From positions 1 to 25,444 of IMG/VR virus record IMGVR_UViG_3300049139_000049: a DNA stretch of 25,444 bases; one strand, written 5' to 3'. The notes below the pieces were generated by a model, which worked only from the letters and a program-made list of their open reading frames with translations, searched no databases and had not been told where the DNA came from. Below are positions 22,499 to 25,444 of this stretch, in pieces. The DNA comes from a virus. Taxonomy: Duplodnaviria > Caudoviricetes. Numbering within the stretch: position 1 is the stretch's first letter; each line of letters opens with the position of its first letter. Position numbers and translations under genes: made by a program.

Positions 22499-23304
22499 TG
22501 AAGTTTCTAGACAGGTCTGATTTTGGTTGGGGTGCTTCCGCTGCCAGTTATTCTGACCCTGAAAGCGGAATTGCCGTTCATTATAACGGCGGTACTACTG
22601 GACTGAGCGAAAGCGCCGACCACAGCAAGTGTATCTCCTATTGGAAGAACACTCGGACTTACCATGTCCGGGACAATGGATGGGCGGATATTGGATACAG
22701 CTTCGGTGTTTGTCCTCATGGATATGTTTTCGAAGGACGTGGGCTTTACAAGACTCAGGCGGCCCAGCCCGGGGGAAACACCACCTATTACTCTGTCACC
22801 TTCATGATCGGTGGGAGCGAGAAGCCTGGAGAAAAGCACCTACAGGCGTGGCGGGATGTCCGGGACTGGCTATTTAGCAAGGGTGTTCGCAAGGTCATCA
22901 AGTGCCACAGTGATTTTATCGCTACTTCTTGCCCCGGTGATTATCTGCGAAACCTAGTTCGAAATGGAACTCTACTTGGCGGCTCCGGGGACGGCTCTAC
23001 CGAGCCGACTCAGCCGCCTGTCGAGTCCACCGATGCCCCCGCGTTCCCCCTTCCTAGCGGGTATTACTTCGGCCCTGCTAGTGGGCCGTATTACTCCATT
23101 AGCGGCTATTACAGTCACCGCGAGGACTTGCGTCGGTGGCAGAACCGCATGCGGAATCGGGGGTGGACCCTTACCGCAGATGGTTATTACGGAGACGAGA
23201 CCGGCGACGTCGCCGAAGCTTTCCAGCGTGAAAAGCGGTTGACTGTAGACCGGTTCATCGGAGCCCAGACCTGGCGTGCGGCCTGGGAGGCACCCGTTAC
23301 CTGA
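22498..23304 (+). CDS. Endolysin: Amidase_2 (PGRP-like N-acetylmuramoyl-L-alanine amidase) plus C-terminal peptidoglycan-binding domain
   Basis: IAVHYNG, HVRDNGWADIGYSF...GYVFEGRG, KCHSDFIATSCPG, then ADGYYGDET...FQREKRLTVDRFIGAQTW. Confidence 0.95.
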   Translation: MKFLDRSDFGWGASAASYSDPESGIAVHYNGGTTGLSESADHSKCISYWKNTRTYHVRDNGWADIGYSFGVCPHGYVFEGRGLYKTQAAQPGGNTTYYSVTFMIGGSEKPGEKHLQAWRDVRDWLFSKGVRKVIKCHSDFIATSCPGDYLRNLVRNGTLLGGSGDGSTEPTQPPVESTDAPAFPLPSGYYFGPASGPYYSISGYYSHREDLRRWQNRMRNRGWTLTADGYYGDETGDVAEAFQREKRLTVDRFIGAQTWRAAWEAPVT

Positions 23305-23312
23305 GGAGTCGC

Positions 23313-23675
23313 ATGTTTGAAGAGCCGCCCACCTTCGCCGAGCTGATGGTGTGGGCTGAAACGGGTGTGCCCCCTGAGCTACAGAACCAGGGGGCCACCC
23401 GGCCAAATAATAGTATCGTAGTAACTAGTTTGGAGAATAAAACTTTGAGCGAAACCAGCAAGGACAATACTACGCTTTCACCCCGTGACCGGATGAATCG
23501 GACATGGCTCCAGGGTGCCCTAGCGGCTGGTGTGGTGGGAGCGCTTGAGGTGGTGATCGCCCTGAGCTGGTCGGATGGTCTCGACTGGAAGTTTATCGCT
23601 TTCGCCCTGGTCCAGGCTTTTGTAACGGGCCTGGTGGCCTACTACCACAAGAGTAAGAGTGATGTCGATGTCTAA
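23313..23675 (+). CDS. Putative holin with two TM segments; second in-frame start at TTG 23445
   Basis: RDRMNRTWLQGALAAGVVGALEVVIAL and DWKFIAFALVQAFVTGLVAYYH; directly after the endolysin. Confidence 0.75.
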   Translation: MFEEPPTFAELMVWAETGVPPELQNQGATRPNNSIVVTSLENKTLSETSKDNTTLSPRDRMNRTWLQGALAAGVVGALEVVIALSWSDGLDWKFIAFALVQAFVTGLVAYYHKSKSDVDV

Positions 23676-24615
23676 CCTTAATCAGGCATACATCGATCTT
23701 ATTAACTCGGCAGCTCCCGACAACTGTCGAATTTTCGGCGGAGGCTCTGAGTCGGCCGCTGAGCTGATGGACGGTGCTCGGGTGCCCAATACCCCCACCT
23801 ACGTCTATCGGAGCTTTACAGCCGAAGCTACGCCCGAACCTGTGGTGTATGTGTACGCGCCTGATACGAATACGTGGAACGCTGTGTCAGATGGGCGTGT
23901 CTACTCGAATGATTCGGGTATTGTCCAGCTTTTTGCCGTACCCGACGACCCGCCCATGGTGTGGATTGACTTTGGAGCCGGAAAAACTTCCATGGACCCC
24001 GTCGACACGGCCCTACACCTGTCGCTGCACACATGGTCGGCACAGGCACACCCCGACATGCGTCAGGATATTGCCGGACTGCGTGCCGACGTAGATAACC
24101 TAGATGGCCAGTCACAGGATATTGATGATATCCGATTGCAGGTTAGTGACCTGTCGGCCGAAGTCAATAACTATGATTCTCGAATCACTTCCACCGAATC
24201 AACCGCATCCAATAATTCCGGGCGCATTACTGATCTTGAAGGGCGAGTCAGTGTCCTGGAGACCGACAAGCCTTGTCTTAGGCAGCCTGTTCTCTGGGAT
24301 ATGTCTGGAGAGCTTGGAACCAACGTCTCCAAGCATCGATACACCAATCTTCATGAGCATGAACAGGAAATCACCATGTTCTACGTGGAAGCGGATAGCC
24401 TCGTAGGAACTGCCACAGTTAATTTGCTGGAACGAAACCCGTCCAACGGATCCACTTCTGTCATTGCCACAGCGTCAATTAGTGGCACATCTAAGACGGC
24501 CCGGACTGCAAACTACAGTTATTTTCTAGACCCAGATCTTCAAATCGTCCCTGAAATCATCTTGAATGAGGGGACGGCCGGTCTCGATCTCACAGTGCAG
24601 GTGTATCTACAGTGA
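23668..24615 (+). CDS. Putative tail fibre / minor structural protein with a central coiled coil
   Basis: Beta-rich N-terminus (SNDSGIVQLFAVPDD...WIDFG), heptads IAGLRADVDNL...RITDLEGRVSVLE, and a GLDLTVQV C-terminus. Start uncertain (23659, 23662 or 23668). Confidence 0.65.
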   Translation: MSNLNQAYIDLINSAAPDNCRIFGGGSESAAELMDGARVPNTPTYVYRSFTAEATPEPVVYVYAPDTNTWNAVSDGRVYSNDSGIVQLFAVPDDPPMVWIDFGAGKTSMDPVDTALHLSLHTWSAQAHPDMRQDIAGLRADVDNLDGQSQDIDDIRLQVSDLSAEVNNYDSRITSTESTASNNSGRITDLEGRVSVLETDKPCLRQPVLWDMSGELGTNVSKHRYTNLHEHEQEITMFYVEADSLVGTATVNLLERNPSNGSTSVIATASISGTSKTARTANYSYFLDPDLQIVPEIILNEGTAGLDLTVQVYLQ

Positions 24616-25444
24616 TCACTTTTGAAAACACACTGGAAGGTCAGGTAGGGCAAAACCCTACTAATACAAGTTTGGCGGCGACAGGTGATCCTGTCACAGT
24701 CGCGGACGGTGATAAGGCCACCTATGCGGACCTTTATACGGTGCACGACCGGAGCGTAATCAAAATCGCTACCGGGGAGCACCGATATTCTACAACCCGA
24801 CTAGGTATCACCCTGCCATCCGTGGGGTGGTCTGTCAGATGGTATGTGTGGTTCCCTGCAATTTCCACTGGAAATGGTGAACGTCGATGGCTGGCCCGTT
24901 TCGGTGACCTGGGATTAGTGGCCCATCAGACGTCAGCGGGGAATATGCACCTCAGATTCTCGCCATTAGATATTTCCGCTGCGGAAACATCCGGCACTGC
25001 TTCCGGATCTGCCCAGTCCGTGGGGCAGTGGCTCCGCGTTGAAATCAACTACATGTCTGCCAACAATCCCGTTGCTCGAATCTATTCGGGGCATGCAGAA
25101 GGGTCTTACAGACAGATTGATTTCACGGGAATCAATCTGTCGGGAACGTTCAATTTCACTGGTTTCAGATTCCGTAGACGGACCACTCTCCGATGGGGAG
25201 ACACCGGAAGTGCTGTCCAAGAACTACAGGAAGAACTAATTTCCTTGGGATATAATTTGGGTTCCGCTGGAGCCGATGGCATTTTCGGCGACGCCACTTA
25301 TTACGCGGTTGTGGATTTCCAGGAGACACATGATCTCTCGCCTGTCGACGGAGAGGCCGGTAGCGAGACGAGAGCCGCCATCGACTACGCCCGAGGATTG
25401 ACCTTCCCCAATCTGTTCGTGTCCCATGTGGCTGTCTCTGACAC
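24612..25444 (+). CDS. Partial CDS running off the window: beta-rich, possibly lectin-like tail-associated protein containing a peptidoglycan-binding (PG_binding_1) domain
   Basis: Not in the ORF track. GTG 24612 overlaps the upstream TGA and the frame is open to 25444: MITFENTLEG...WSVRWYVWFP...VGQWLRVEI...TLRWGDTGSAVQELQEELISLGY...ADGIFGDATYYAVVDFQETHDL.PVDGEAGSETRAAI...FVSHVAVSD. Confidence 0.85.
   Translation, partial: MITFENTLEGQVGQNPTNTSLAATGDPVTVADGDKATYADLYTVHDRSVIKIATGEHRYSTTRLGITLPSVGWSVRWYVWFPAISTGNGERRWLARFGDLGLVAHQTSAGNMHLRFSPLDISAAETSGTASGSAQSVGQWLRVEINYMSANNPVARIYSGHAEGSYRQIDFTGINLSGTFNFTGFRFRRRTTLRWGDTGSAVQELQEELISLGYNLGSAGADGIFGDATYYAVVDFQETHDLSPVDGEAGSETRAAIDYARGLTFPNLFVSHVAVSD

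Larger units (their letters stand above)
131..25444 (+). mobile_element. Temperate siphovirus prophage (actinophage), left portion, extending beyond the window
   Basis: Integrase next to a disrupted host gene, then packaging, head, tail and lysis modules in canonical order. GC is visibly lower than in the host fragment. Confidence 0.97.

Noticed and set aside
21098-25444. Diversity-generating retroelement or invertible tail-fibre cassette
   Set aside because: No reverse transcriptase, invertase or template/variable repeat pair seen in the window; sequence beyond 25444 cannot be assessed.

Overview
Left part of a temperate siphovirus prophage in a high-GC actinomycete. The first ~130 bp are a minus-strand fragment of a host SLC13/DASS-family transporter gene, broken at its conserved SNTAT motif by a serine-integrase att junction. 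A phiC31-like layout follows: large serine integrase, an AT-rich repeat/hairpin region (candidate cos or late-control region), an HNH endonuclease, and a plus-strand tRNA array. The array holds four canonical tRNAs (Trp-CCA, Leu-TAG, Lys-TTT, Asn-GTT) and three tRNA-like RNAs with rebuilt or missing anticodon arms. It is interleaved with or followed by four minus-strand accessory genes, including a full-length lsr2. Next is an apparently intact morphogenesis operon: terS, terL, portal, scaffold, major capsid, stand-alone Ig-like protein, connector genes, major tail, -1 frameshifted tail chaperones, a 1863-aa tape measure with a C-terminal CHAP-like domain, Dit and minor tail proteins. A holin/amidase/holin lysis cassette and two more tail-associated genes close the window; the last runs off the end and is missing from the ORF track. 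The most unusual signals are the non-canonical tRNA-like RNAs, CCC-TAA shifty stops on both major structural genes, and apparent ATA/ATT start codons. All calls come from manual motif reading; no database searches were run.
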